From: Candidatus Iainarchaeum sp.
GTDB lineage: Archaea; Iainarchaeota; Iainarchaeia; Iainarchaeales; VGJJ01
Length of the DNA: 64,000 bases
NCBI GenBank assembly: GCA_016699555.1
Contig: CP064981.1
Coordinates: forward strand, 247,876-311,875
Direction: 5' to 3'
Shown here: positions 54,164 to 62,514 of the stretch, piece after piece
Numbering within the stretch: the first letter of the stretch is position 1
How the letters are laid out: every line of letters starts with the position of its first letter
The notes under the pieces: model-generated
Databases searched by the model: none
What the model was told of the DNA's origin: nothing
The model's input: only the letters and a program-made list of their open reading frames with translations
Program-made: the position numbers and the translations under genes

Positions 54164-54730
54164 ATGCCATCCAAATCAGGAGTCAAGCGCCACTACCTGC
54201 GCCAAAAGATCCGTCAGGCGGGGGAGTCGGCTTCCTCTCTGGTCGCGGGGCACGTCGTCTCGGTGTTGGAAAAAATAAAGTGGGCCAAACGCAATGGTTA
54301 CCTGCAGCGGAAACCCGGGGCAAAAGGGCGAGGCAGTTATTCATTATCTCCCATCGGGCGCTATGAGTTCTATCTCCAGCTCGGCCATGAAAAACCATGG
54401 AGAAATCTCACTCCGGCACAGCGCAAACGCGCCGCACGCACGATCATCGAGGGAGCGCTGGCAAAATATGGACGGTATAATCCTATCCGGTCCGCTCGTG
54501 CGACGGCGCATATTCCACTCTATCACTCCCTGGCCGGACTCATCTTCATCGACTTGACACGCTTGCGCCAGCAAGCCGAAAACCAACGTCGAATGTTCAA
54601 GCGCCAGCGCGATGATGAAGGTCATTCCGGGATATTGCCCGAGGACATCCGGAGGACGCGCAATTCCATCACTATTTTCCAAGCCGTCTTTGAGGGGCTG
54701 CAGCGCGGGACTTATTCATTGGAATCCTGA
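54164..54730 (+). CDS. Basic hypothetical protein, possible winged-helix N-terminal domain, inserted between rps7 and EF-2
   Basis: 188 aa. VVSVLEKIKWAKRNGYLQRKPGAKGRGSYSLSPIGRYEF resembles a wHTH recognition helix plus wing. TATA-like GTTATTAATT (54135-54144) lies ~20 nt upstream of the ATG. Confidence 0.55.
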   Translation: MPSKSGVKRHYLRQKIRQAGESASSLVAGHVVSVLEKIKWAKRNGYLQRKPGAKGRGSYSLSPIGRYEFYLQLGHEKPWRNLTPAQRKRAARTIIEGALAKYGRYNPIRSARATAHIPLYHSLAGLIFIDLTRLRQQAENQRRMFKRQRDDEGHSGILPEDIRRTRNSITIFQAVFEGLQRGTYSLES

Positions 54731-54827
54731 ACCAAAAGCTCGCTTTAAAAACGTTCTTCGGGGCATTTTGGCTAGGAAAGGGTATTTTTGCCCTCGTTAT
54801 AACAACTGAACCGAGCGTGAGCATCAC

Positions 54828-57020
54828 ATGGGACGAAAAGAAGACATGGCCAAGGCCGCACAGCACTTAATGACCAAACAGGAAGACGTCCGCAATATCG
54901 GAATCGTCGCCCACATCGATCACGGTAAGACCACGCTCTCCGACAACCTCATCGCAGCTGCGGGATTAATCAACAAAGAACTCGCGGGAAAGCAGCAGTT
55001 CATGGACTTCGAAGACCAGGAACAAGAACGCGGAATCACCATTAACGCAGCCAATATCTCATTGGTCCCAACCGTTCACGGAAAGCAATACCTCATCAAC
55101 ATGATCGACACCCCTGGACACGTGGACTTCGGCGGAGAAGTCATCCGCGCCATGCGTGCGGTTGATGGAGTCATTCTCGTGGTGGATGCCGTTGAAGGCG
55201 TCATGCCCCAAACCGAAACCGTTATCCGACAAGCGCTCCGCGAGAATGTAAGGCCTTCTCTTTTCATCAACAAAGTGGACAGACTGATCAACGAATTGCA
55301 GATCGGCGAAGAAGACATGCAAAAACGATTCGTGAAAACGATTACGCACGTCAATTCCTTGATCAAGAAAAACGCCCCAGCCGGAAAAGAAGAACTCTGG
55401 CAAGTCAATCCCGCGCATGGAAATGTTTGCTTCGGATCGGCGTATAATCACTGGGCCGTCTCCATCAAATCCATGGCACGCACCGGAATCAACTTCAAGC
55501 AGGTCTATGAGTTCATGAAAAACGATCAGCAGAAGATGATCGCCGAAAAGTCCCCATTGGAAGACACGATCTTCGAAATGGTCGTGACACAATTGCCCAA
55601 CCCACTCCAAGCACAAGCCTATCGTACGCCTGTGATTTGGTCCGGTGAAGTGGAATCAGAAGTCGGACAATCGATGCTCAAGTGCGACCGAAACGGCCCT
55701 GTCGCCATGATGGTCACCGACGTCTCGGTCGATCCCCACGCCGGAGACATCGCGACCGGCCGTGTCTATTCCGGTACCGTTCAGAAGGGTGTGCGCGTGA
55801 AACTCATCGGTGCGCAAAAGGAAGCCGTCATCAACCGCGTTGGAGTGTACATGGGACCCGAATTCGTGGAAGTCGAATCCGTCCCTGCGGGATCCATCGC
55901 CGCCATCGTGGGATTGCGCGAAGCCTACTCGGGACAGACGGTTTCATCCATCGAAATGAAAGAATTCGAATCCTTCAAGACGAATGTAGAGCCCGTCATC
56001 ACGGTCTCCATCGAAGCCAAGCAGACCAAGGACCTGCCAAAATTGATCGAAGTCGTGCGCCAGCTGACGAAGGAAGATCCTAACTTGCGCGCTACCGTCA
56101 ACCAGACCACGGGAGAACACCTCTTGTCAGGGATGGGAGAATTGCACTTGGAAATCAACCAATACCGTATCGAAAAGACGCACGGCGTCCCCATTACCGT
56201 TTCGCCACCTATTGTGGTTTACCACGAAACCATCTTGCAAGGCTCTCCGGAATTGGAAGGAAAGTCCCCCAACAAGCACAACAAACTGCTGATGAAAGTC
56301 GAGCCCATCCCGGCCGAAATCATGCAGAAGCTCATGGACAACAAGGTCAAGGGAAAAGTCAAGATGAAAGACAAAGAATGGGTCGACAAATTCGTCAACG
56401 CCGGAATCGACAACGACGAAGCCAAGAAGATCTGGTGCATCGAGAACTACAACCTGCTCGTCGATGGAACCAAAGGAATCCAGGCTTTGCATGAAATCCG
56501 CGAACTCGTGATCCAAGGATTCCAGGAAGCGCTGAAGGAAGGCCCCTTGGCAAAAGAAGAAGTCCACGGAATCAAGGTCACGCTCGTCGATGCAAAGCTG
56601 CACGAAGATGCGATCCACCGCGGTCCTTCACAGATCATTCCCGTAGTGTCGCGCACCATGTACGCGTGTATGCTCGCATCCAAGGCGGTGTTGGAAGAAC
56701 CCAAGCAGTTGTTGACAATCACTACGCCTCAGGACTACCTCGGCCCTGTGTCCAAGGAATTGCAACAGCGCAGAACGCAGATCACGGAAATCAAGAACGA
56801 AGGAGACTCCACCATCATCATCGGTCTTGCGCCCGTCAAAGAACTGATCGGATTCTCGCAATCCATCCGCGGCGCGACGCAAGGACGCGTCATCTGGACA
56901 GCCGAATACCACGGATACGAAGTCGTCCCCCCAGAGCTACAAAAGCAAGTCGTGCTCGAAGTGCGCAAGCGCAAGGGATTGGATCCGGAAGTCAAACCCT
57001 ATACGTTCTTCCTGGAATAA
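54828..57020 (+). CDS. fusA: Translation elongation factor 2 (aEF-2)
   Basis: 730 aa. NIGIVAHIDHGKTTLSD, DTPGHVDFGGE, NKVDRL, HEDAIHRGPSQIIP. Confidence 0.97.
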   Translation: MGRKEDMAKAAQHLMTKQEDVRNIGIVAHIDHGKTTLSDNLIAAAGLINKELAGKQQFMDFEDQEQERGITINAANISLVPTVHGKQYLINMIDTPGHVDFGGEVIRAMRAVDGVILVVDAVEGVMPQTETVIRQALRENVRPSLFINKVDRLINELQIGEEDMQKRFVKTITHVNSLIKKNAPAGKEELWQVNPAHGNVCFGSAYNHWAVSIKSMARTGINFKQVYEFMKNDQQKMIAEKSPLEDTIFEMVVTQLPNPLQAQAYRTPVIWSGEVESEVGQSMLKCDRNGPVAMMVTDVSVDPHAGDIATGRVYSGTVQKGVRVKLIGAQKEAVINRVGVYMGPEFVEVESVPAGSIAAIVGLREAYSGQTVSSIEMKEFESFKTNVEPVITVSIEAKQTKDLPKLIEVVRQLTKEDPNLRATVNQTTGEHLLSGMGELHLEINQYRIEKTHGVPITVSPPIVVYHETILQGSPELEGKSPNKHNKLLMKVEPIPAEIMQKLMDNKVKGKVKMKDKEWVDKFVNAGIDNDEAKKIWCIENYNLLVDGTKGIQALHEIRELVIQGFQEALKEGPLAKEEVHGIKVTLVDAKLHEDAIHRGPSQIIPVVSRTMYACMLASKAVLEEPKQLLTITTPQDYLGPVSKELQQRRTQITEIKNEGDSTIIIGLAPVKELIGFSQSIRGATQGRVIWTAEYHGYEVVPPELQKQVVLEVRKRKGLDPEVKPYTFFLE

Positions 57021-57100
57021 CACCGTTTCGGCGGAGCCAGTTTCGGCTGGCTGCTGCGAGAACAGGTGTCCGCGCAAGCGGCACCTGATTTCCTTTTTTT
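57019..57100 (+). repeat. Bipartite hairpin element, copy B, directly after the EF-2 stop; ends in T7 (terminator-like)
   Basis: CACCGTTTCGGCGG (57021-34), GCCAG-TTTCGG-CTGGC (57036-51), TGCTGCGAGAACA, GGTGtCCGC-GCAA-GCGGCACC (57065-85), TGATTTCC, TTTTTTT (57094-57100). Confidence 0.75.
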
Positions 57101-57138
57101 CTCCATTGTTTTTTATTTCCTGAAAATCTAATCCTCGC

Positions 57139-57900
57139 GTGTCCCCCAAAAAACGTTTGCCCGTTGGAAGAAGAGCTACCGCCGCGCACGTGAAAGAAAT
57201 CCGTCGCATCATCCGGAAAAACCGGGAGGCAATTGCCGCTCACTCCAAGTGGTTGCGCGCATTGTCTGCTAGCAGTAACTGGAACGATCATCGTTCCTAT
57301 GATGAGATTACGGGATTGTGGAGAAATGCAAAAATCGGCATCATCAATCGGCTCATCCGCCGCGGTAAGAACAATCGCGGAAAACTGCATATTTGGGAAG
57401 ATGGACCCGGGAGAGGATATTTTGGCGGAATTCTGAAAGAAGAACTCGATGTCGTTGGAATTCGCACCCATCTCGTCGCCACCACGTTGGATGCGAAAAG
57501 CATTGACCCATACGAAAAAAAACTCTTCGACGAGGTGCATGCCGGAAAATCCGAATTATTCGTCCCACGCAAACCATTCGATTTCATTTTCTCTACGATT
57601 GGTTCGGTAAACTATATGCATTCGTCTTTGCGCAAGCAACACATCCTCAAAATGGCCTATTCGCTGGCGCATGGAGGGCAGATGTTCGTGTCATTCTATC
57701 ATCGTCCATTGGCCCAAGAAAATGAACGACGAAAAGCAGTCGTCGGTTCCCTTCTCCAAAAACCTCCAAAGAAATCAATGCATACCACCGAAGAAATGGC
57801 TGCCATCGAAAAGGCATTCGCCAAACGTGGTTTTACGGCCAAATTCCATTATTTAGATCCCGAGGCCTCTATCGTGGGATTGCACGTGGTACGAAAATGA
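57139..57900 (+). CDS. Hypothetical protein with methyltransferase-like core and basic N-terminus, inserted between EF-2 and EF-1alpha
   Basis: 253 aa, GTG start. IWEDGPGRGYFGG (motif-I-like), FDFIFSTIG, LAHGGQMFV. T-rich TATA-like tract at 57108-57118. The assignment is weak. Confidence 0.5.
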   Translation: MSPKKRLPVGRRATAAHVKEIRRIIRKNREAIAAHSKWLRALSASSNWNDHRSYDEITGLWRNAKIGIINRLIRRGKNNRGKLHIWEDGPGRGYFGGILKEELDVVGIRTHLVATTLDAKSIDPYEKKLFDEVHAGKSELFVPRKPFDFIFSTIGSVNYMHSSLRKQHILKMAYSLAHGGQMFVSFYHRPLAQENERRKAVVGSLLQKPPKKSMHTTEEMAAIEKAFAKRGFTAKFHYLDPEASIVGLHVVRK

Positions 57901-57940
57901 GCATTTTCACTGCTATTTTCGCGCAAACCCACCATTATCC

Positions 57941-57948
57941 TATATAAA
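57941..57948 (+). promoter_or_regulatory. TATA box for tuf
   Basis: TATATAAATGCTCCGCAGGGAG. ATG 58062 is ~115 nt downstream, implying a long leader. Confidence 0.55.
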
Positions 57949-58006
57949 TGCTCCGCAGGGAGTTTTGCTTATTCCAGTGGCTGCAAAGCCCTATGGGATT
58001 GGCTAC

Positions 58007-58027
58007 GAACCTTTTAGGAAAAGGTTC
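58007..58027 (+). promoter_or_regulatory. Perfect 9-bp hairpin in the tuf leader
   Basis: GAACCTTTT-AGG-AAAAGGTTC, 35 nt upstream of the tuf ATG. Confidence 0.4.
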
Positions 58028-58061
58028 ATCAAAAACATCAAATCTCTCGGAGGAGAAAAAT

Positions 58062-59330
58062 ATGGCCGAAAAGCCCCACATCAATTTGATCTTCATTGGT
58101 CACGTCGACCACGGTAAGTCTACACTCGTTGGACGCTTCCTGTACGACTCAGGCGCCTTGTCCGAAAACGATTACCGCAAAATCAAGGAAGAAGCAGAGT
58201 CCCGCGGAAAGGGTTCATTTGCCTTCGCTTATGTCATGGACAACTTGAAAGAAGAACGCGAACGCGGAGTTACCATTGACGTTTCCTACAAGAAATTCTC
58301 CGGCCAGAAGAACAACTTCACCATCATTGACGCCCCTGGACACAGAGACTTCGTCAAGAACATGATTACCGGAACCTCCCAAGCCGACGCAGCCGTTTTG
58401 GTCGTCTCAGCAAAGGACGGAATCCAGCCCCAGACCAAAGAACACGCCTTTTTGGCACAAGTGATGGGAATCAAGCAGATTACCGCCGCCATCAACAAGA
58501 TGGACGACGTCGGATACAAAGAAGCCGAATTCAACAAGATCCGCGATGAAGTAGCCAAACTCCTCAAGACCGTTGGATTCCGCGACGAACAAGTCGCTAT
58601 TGTGCCTGTTTCCGCATGGATGGGAGACAACGTCGCAAAGCAGTCCGAACACATGCCCTGGTACAAGGGACCTACTCTCCTCCAGCGCTTGGACTCACTG
58701 ACCGCTCCAACGTTGCCCACGGACAAAGCCTTGCGCTTGCCCATTCAGGACGTCTACTCCATCAAGGGAGTTGGAACAGTCCCTGTTGGACGCGTTGAAA
58801 CCGGCGTCATCAAGCCCGGTGACAAGGTCATCATCATGCCTGCCAACGTGCAAGGAGAAGTCAAATCCTTGGAAGCCCACCACGAACAATTGCCTCAGGC
58901 CTTGCCCGGAGACAACATCGGATTCAACTTGCGCGGAGTCGAAAGAAAAGACATCAACCGCGGAGATGTGTTGGGACACCCTCAATCCCCTCCTACAGTC
59001 GCAAAAGACTTCGTGGCACAGATTGTGGTGTTGAACCACCCCACTGCCATCCCAGTAGGATACACCCCTGTGTTCCACTTGCACACCGCCCAGATGTCCT
59101 GCACCTTGACGGAATTGCAAAAGTCTTTGGACCCCAAGACCGGAAACACCAAAGAAGAGAATCCCAAGTTCTTGAAGACCGGAGACGCTGCAATCGTGAA
59201 GATCACGCCTCAGCGCCCCTTGGTCGTCGAAGAATTCAAGAAGTTCCCCTCTCTCGGACGCTTCGCGATCCGCGATATGGGACAGACCGTTGCAGCGGGC
59301 GTCGTTACGCAAGTAACGCCTCGCGCATAA
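58062..59330 (+). CDS. tuf: Translation elongation factor 1-alpha (aEF-1alpha)
   Basis: [40 protein letters not shown] lies before ATG 58062. The 38-aa upstream extension in the track ORF is not EF-like. Confidence 0.97.
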   Translation: MAEKPHINLIFIGHVDHGKSTLVGRFLYDSGALSENDYRKIKEEAESRGKGSFAFAYVMDNLKEERERGVTIDVSYKKFSGQKNNFTIIDAPGHRDFVKNMITGTSQADAAVLVVSAKDGIQPQTKEHAFLAQVMGIKQITAAINKMDDVGYKEAEFNKIRDEVAKLLKTVGFRDEQVAIVPVSAWMGDNVAKQSEHMPWYKGPTLLQRLDSLTAPTLPTDKALRLPIQDVYSIKGVGTVPVGRVETGVIKPGDKVIIMPANVQGEVKSLEAHHEQLPQALPGDNIGFNLRGVERKDINRGDVLGHPQSPPTVAKDFVAQIVVLNHPTAIPVGYTPVFHLHTAQMSCTLTELQKSLDPKTGNTKEENPKFLKTGDAAIVKITPQRPLVVEEFKKFPSLGRFAIRDMGQTVAAGVVTQVTPRA

Positions 59331-59363
59331 GGGGATCATTGACGGAATTGGAGCTGATGAACC

Positions 59364-59678
59364 ATGGAAAAAGCACGCATTACCCTCACTAGCCCCAACT
59401 ACGTCTCGCTCAATGAGATCTCGGGCAAGATCATCGACTTAGTGGACAAAGCAGGAATCAAGCACACGGGTGCCATTCCACTCCCTACGAAGAAATTGCT
59501 CGTCTCTACGAGAAAAGGCCCTTGTGGCGGTGGAACAGAAACCTACGAACGATGGCAAATGCGCGTCCACAAACGCGTGATTGACTTCGAAGACGACGGC
59601 AGAACATTGCGCCGCGTCATGCGCGTAGAAGTTCCAGAGAACGTACAAATGGCCATCGGATTGAAAGGCAAAAAGTAA
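59364..59678 (+). CDS. rps10: Ribosomal protein uS10 (S10P)
   Basis: 104 aa. ARITLTSPNYVSLNEI...GAIPLPTKKLLVSTRKGPCGGGTETYERWQMRVHKRVIDF. Confidence 0.95.
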   Translation: MEKARITLTSPNYVSLNEISGKIIDLVDKAGIKHTGAIPLPTKKLLVSTRKGPCGGGTETYERWQMRVHKRVIDFEDDGRTLRRVMRVEVPENVQMAIGLKGKK

Positions 59679-59766
59679 AACCTTTCAATTTTCTTTCTAT
59701 TTTTTTCCTATTTATCTTTTCCTTTGCACTGTTTGATTATTATTCTTCGGGCAATGCTATTGCTAT

Positions 59767-60099
59767 ATGCTTTCATGGGAAGAATTTGAGAAAGTGGACA
59801 TGCGAGTAGGGACGATTGTAAGAGTAAGTGATTTTCCAGAAGCACGCGTTCCAGCCTATCAACTCGAAATCGATTTTGGCCCAACCATTGGAATCAAACG
59901 TTCTTCCGCCCAAATCACCAAACTCTATTCTAAAGAAACACTCTTAGGAAAACAAATCATTGCCGTTGTCAATTTTGCTCCTAAAAAGATTGCACACTTT
60001 TACTCTGAAGTCTTGGTATTGGGGGTAGTGCAAGAAGACAAAGAAATTATTCTATTGCAACCCGAACGAAAAGCAAAGAACGGATATCAAATTCACTAA
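59767..60099 (+). CDS. tRNA-binding domain protein (CsaA/Trbp111/EMAP-like OB fold)
   Basis: 110 aa. FEKVDMRVGTIVRVSDFPEARVPAYQLEIDFG...GKQIIAVVNFAPKKI. Confidence 0.85.
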   Translation: MLSWEEFEKVDMRVGTIVRVSDFPEARVPAYQLEIDFGPTIGIKRSSAQITKLYSKETLLGKQIIAVVNFAPKKIAHFYSEVLVLGVVQEDKEIILLQPERKAKNGYQIH

Positions 60100-60686
60100 T
60101 TCTTTTCCATCATCCCATACTTCTTATTTTTCTCGGTCATCTTCAAAAAATAATTCAAGCGCTGCACGCGTGTCGTAGAAATTTTAGTTGCGGTAATCCA
60201 CCCAATGCGGATGCGCTTATACGTATCAGGGAATTGCTGGAAGTGCTTCCACACGAGCTTGTTGGCTTTCATCTTCTCTAAAATATCTCTTGGAATCTCT
60301 TTCGTGGTGAACTTCTTTTCATGCTTGTTCTTTCCCTTGAACTCATGCAACCCATTCGTTGCAGCCAAACCAGCAGGTGTCATCTTCCCTTGTTTGATTA
60401 AGAAACGTACGCGCTCCTTGTTGGGTTCGGACCAGTTCGTTTTGTCCTTGCGCGGGGTAAAACGCTGTGCATACCACTCTGAATCGGGAGAGGGTTTCTT
60501 TACCGTCGAATCGATCCACCCAAAGCAAAGCGCCTCTTCGACCGCGTCCGAATAGGAAACGCGTGGCTTCCCGGATGCTTTCGTATGAAAAACGAGCCAG
60601 ACTTCCTTCTCTTTCGCGTGGTGCCTCTCTAACCACTCACGCCATTCTGCGCGCGTCTGCGCAAAGCACTTCGTGGTGATTTCCAT
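60096..60686 (-). CDS. YdeI/OmpD-associated (OmdA) family protein
   Basis: From ATG 60686: FAQTRAEWREWLERHHAKEKEVWLVFHTK...YSDAVEEALCFGWIDS...RFTPRKDKTNWSEPNKERV. The 72-aa extension to 60902 overlaps the divergent GT2 gene. Confidence 0.8.
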   Translation of the reverse strand: MEITTKCFAQTRAEWREWLERHHAKEKEVWLVFHTKASGKPRVSYSDAVEEALCFGWIDSTVKKPSPDSEWYAQRFTPRKDKTNWSEPNKERVRFLIKQGKMTPAGLAATNGLHEFKGKNKHEKKFTTKEIPRDILEKMKANKLVWKHFQQFPDTYKRIRIGWITATKISTTRVQRLNYFLKMTEKNKKYGMMEKN

Positions 60687-60737
60687 TCCCACCAGTAAAA
60701 CGGGATAGATTATATTGGTGTAGGGATTGATGCCTGC

Positions 60738-61445
60738 ATGTCGATCCGTCCCATCATCGTCATCTGCGCGCACAATGAAGAAGCATGGATCGGAAAAACG
60801 ATGGAACTCATCCATGAACTGCCACGCAAGGTCCAGGTCATTGTCGTGGACGATGGAAGTACTGATCGGACCGCAGCCATCGCGAGCGCAAACGGCGCAC
60901 ACGTCGTGACATTATCCCAAAACAGGGGGAAGGCGAATGCGTTCTTCGCAGGACTGCGTGCCGCATTGAAGCAGAGAGCCACCTCCGTGCTCACGCTCGA
61001 TGCCGATATGGTGCGATTGGACCGGCGCGTTATACTCCAAATGATGCGCCATGCCGAAGAAGCAACGGCAAAAAGGAAAAAGCACATGACCATCGCCGCC
61101 ACGAGCGAACTCATCGAGATGGGGCACGAAAAGATCCCACTCGCACAAGGCACATACTTCTCAGGGATCCGCTCTTTCAGCTTGGCGGGGGTATATCACA
61201 TCCTCCAGCATCCCCACAAGCGTTTAGTGGGCGGGTATGCGTTGGAGGAGTTCCTCAACCAAGCGTTTAGGCCCGAGCAGCGTATGGAAATACTCCACAC
61301 CCTATTCAATCAACGCGAGCCCATCCGGACGATTGCTGCGCGCACGCATGAAGCCGAAGACATCATGCGATTCCAAGATCGCATGGCACAACGTAGAAAG
61401 AAGAGACGGCCCGTCATGAGCAGACGCAAAAAAGGTTTCAAATAA
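60738..61445 (+). CDS. Family 2 glycosyltransferase with polybasic tail
   Basis: 235 aa. IIVICAHNEEAWIGKT, VIVVDDGSTDRT, SQNRGKANA, LTLDADM; tail RRKKRRPVMSRRKKGFK. Confidence 0.8.
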   Translation: MSIRPIIVICAHNEEAWIGKTMELIHELPRKVQVIVVDDGSTDRTAAIASANGAHVVTLSQNRGKANAFFAGLRAALKQRATSVLTLDADMVRLDRRVILQMMRHAEEATAKRKKHMTIAATSELIEMGHEKIPLAQGTYFSGIRSFSLAGVYHILQHPHKRLVGGYALEEFLNQAFRPEQRMEILHTLFNQREPIRTIAARTHEAEDIMRFQDRMAQRRKKRRPVMSRRKKGFK

Positions 61446-61455
61446 AATCAGAAAC

Positions 61456-61518
61456 AAAAAAAACGAAAATCAGGTGCCGCTTGCGCGGACACCCGTTCTC
61501 AATCGACCCAATTGGATC
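61456..61518 (-). repeat. Bipartite hairpin element, copy C, directly after the stop of the minus-strand membrane-protein gene; ends in T8
   Basis: Minus-strand reading: GATCC-AATT-GGGTC, GATTGAGAACG, GGTGtCCGC-GCAA-GCGGCACC, TGATTTTCG, TTTTTTTT. 33 of 34 nt are identical to copy B. Confidence 0.75.
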
Positions 61519-61863
61519 CTAATTCTTGGCGATATCCCAAACAGCTTTGATCGCAACGATCACGGCTGCAGGTGCCATCAAGGTGGCGATTCCGGCGAAG
61601 ATAGGGCCTAACCAGCTACCCACGACAGGGACCAAGCTCCACTGGACCGAGCCAACGGCCAATAAGGCGATGACTGCGACCAAGAAGTGGGTCATTTCTT
61701 TGTCTTTGATGTTCAACAATCCGATGATAATTCCCAAAACCACAAACAATAAGGGAATCCACTGCGCGACGCCTCCGAAGACGCCTGCTCCGAGCACACC
61801 CAAGATAATGGCGATAACCACGCCAATGATGAATGCCCAGGAACCGATTTTCTGCATTTCCAT
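61519..61863 (-). CDS. Small multi-pass membrane protein
   Basis: From ATG 61863, with GGAGGAG 6 nt upstream. Four hydrophobic segments, e.g. SWAFIIGVVIAIILGVLGAGVF. Confidence 0.7.
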   Translation of the reverse strand: MEMQKIGSWAFIIGVVIAIILGVLGAGVFGGVAQWIPLLFVVLGIIIGLLNIKDKEMTHFLVAVIALLAVGSVQWSLVPVVGSWLGPIFAGIATLMAPAAVIVAIKAVWDIAKN

Positions 61864-62023
61864 GAGAAACTCCTCCTTTTGACGGATAACGAACAAAGGT
61901 TCGCTATCTCACGTACTACAACATAAGCTCGCTGATTTTTTAAACGACCAACAGACGAAAAGGCGTTTTATCGACTAAAAGCGAAAAATATGGCATTATA
62001 AGGCCTTTGGAGGCATTCTAGTT

Positions 62024-62452
62024 ATGGGTTACCGCTTCCTCGACGACGCACAGGCCGACGTGGCCATCGAAGCCAATGGAAAGACACGCGAAGAATTATT
62101 CGAATCCGCCGGAAAAGCCCTATTCGAGGTCGTGGGAAAAGAACCCCCTAAGGAGCCCCTGCGCCAGGTCTCTTTCTCCGTCAAAGCCCCCTTGCTCGAG
62201 GACCTCCTGCGAAAGTGGTTGAACGAGCTCATCTACATCAAGGACAACAAACGCCTCTACATCGCGCACTTCCACTTTCAATTCCTCGAACAAGACGGGC
62301 AACTTGTCGTGCAATCACGCATGCAAGGCATTCCACTCAATATCATGCAGTCGCATCACTTCAGGGTGGATCCAAAGGGGATTGCGCTGCACGGGTTTTC
62401 TCTCAAAAAACAGAAGACTGGATTTACTGCAAAATTCATCGTAGATGTCTAA
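62024..62452 (+). CDS. Archease (RtcB tRNA-ligase cofactor)
   Basis: 142 aa. YRFLDDAQADVAIEANGKTREELFESAGKALFEVV and C-terminal KGIALHGFSL...FIVDV. Confidence 0.9.
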   Translation: MGYRFLDDAQADVAIEANGKTREELFESAGKALFEVVGKEPPKEPLRQVSFSVKAPLLEDLLRKWLNELIYIKDNKRLYIAHFHFQFLEQDGQLVVQSRMQGIPLNIMQSHHFRVDPKGIALHGFSLKKQKTGFTAKFIVDV

Positions 62453-62514
62453 TTTCAGTCAACAATTCAATTAAATGCCAATCATTCTATGTGTGAGTCA
62501 ATGGAGGTATTTAC

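Noticed and set aside
56616-56633. EF-2 diphthamide loop reads HRGPSQ rather than the eukaryotic HRGGGQ (possible loss of diphthamide modification)
   Set aside because: As far as I recall, archaeal EF-2 proteins normally have HRGPAQ at this position. HRGPSQ is a conservative variant with the modified His retained.
57948-58061. N-terminal extensions in track ORFs (tuf 57948, sdhB 24808, rpl30e 52453, crtB 38563, radC 19061, ydeI-like 60902, rpoH 44973)
   Set aside because: The extensions lack family homology. They overlap upstream genes or promoters (TATA boxes fall inside them), and internal starts have SD or leaderless-promoter geometry. Shorter starts are used in the feature table, with residual uncertainty stated.
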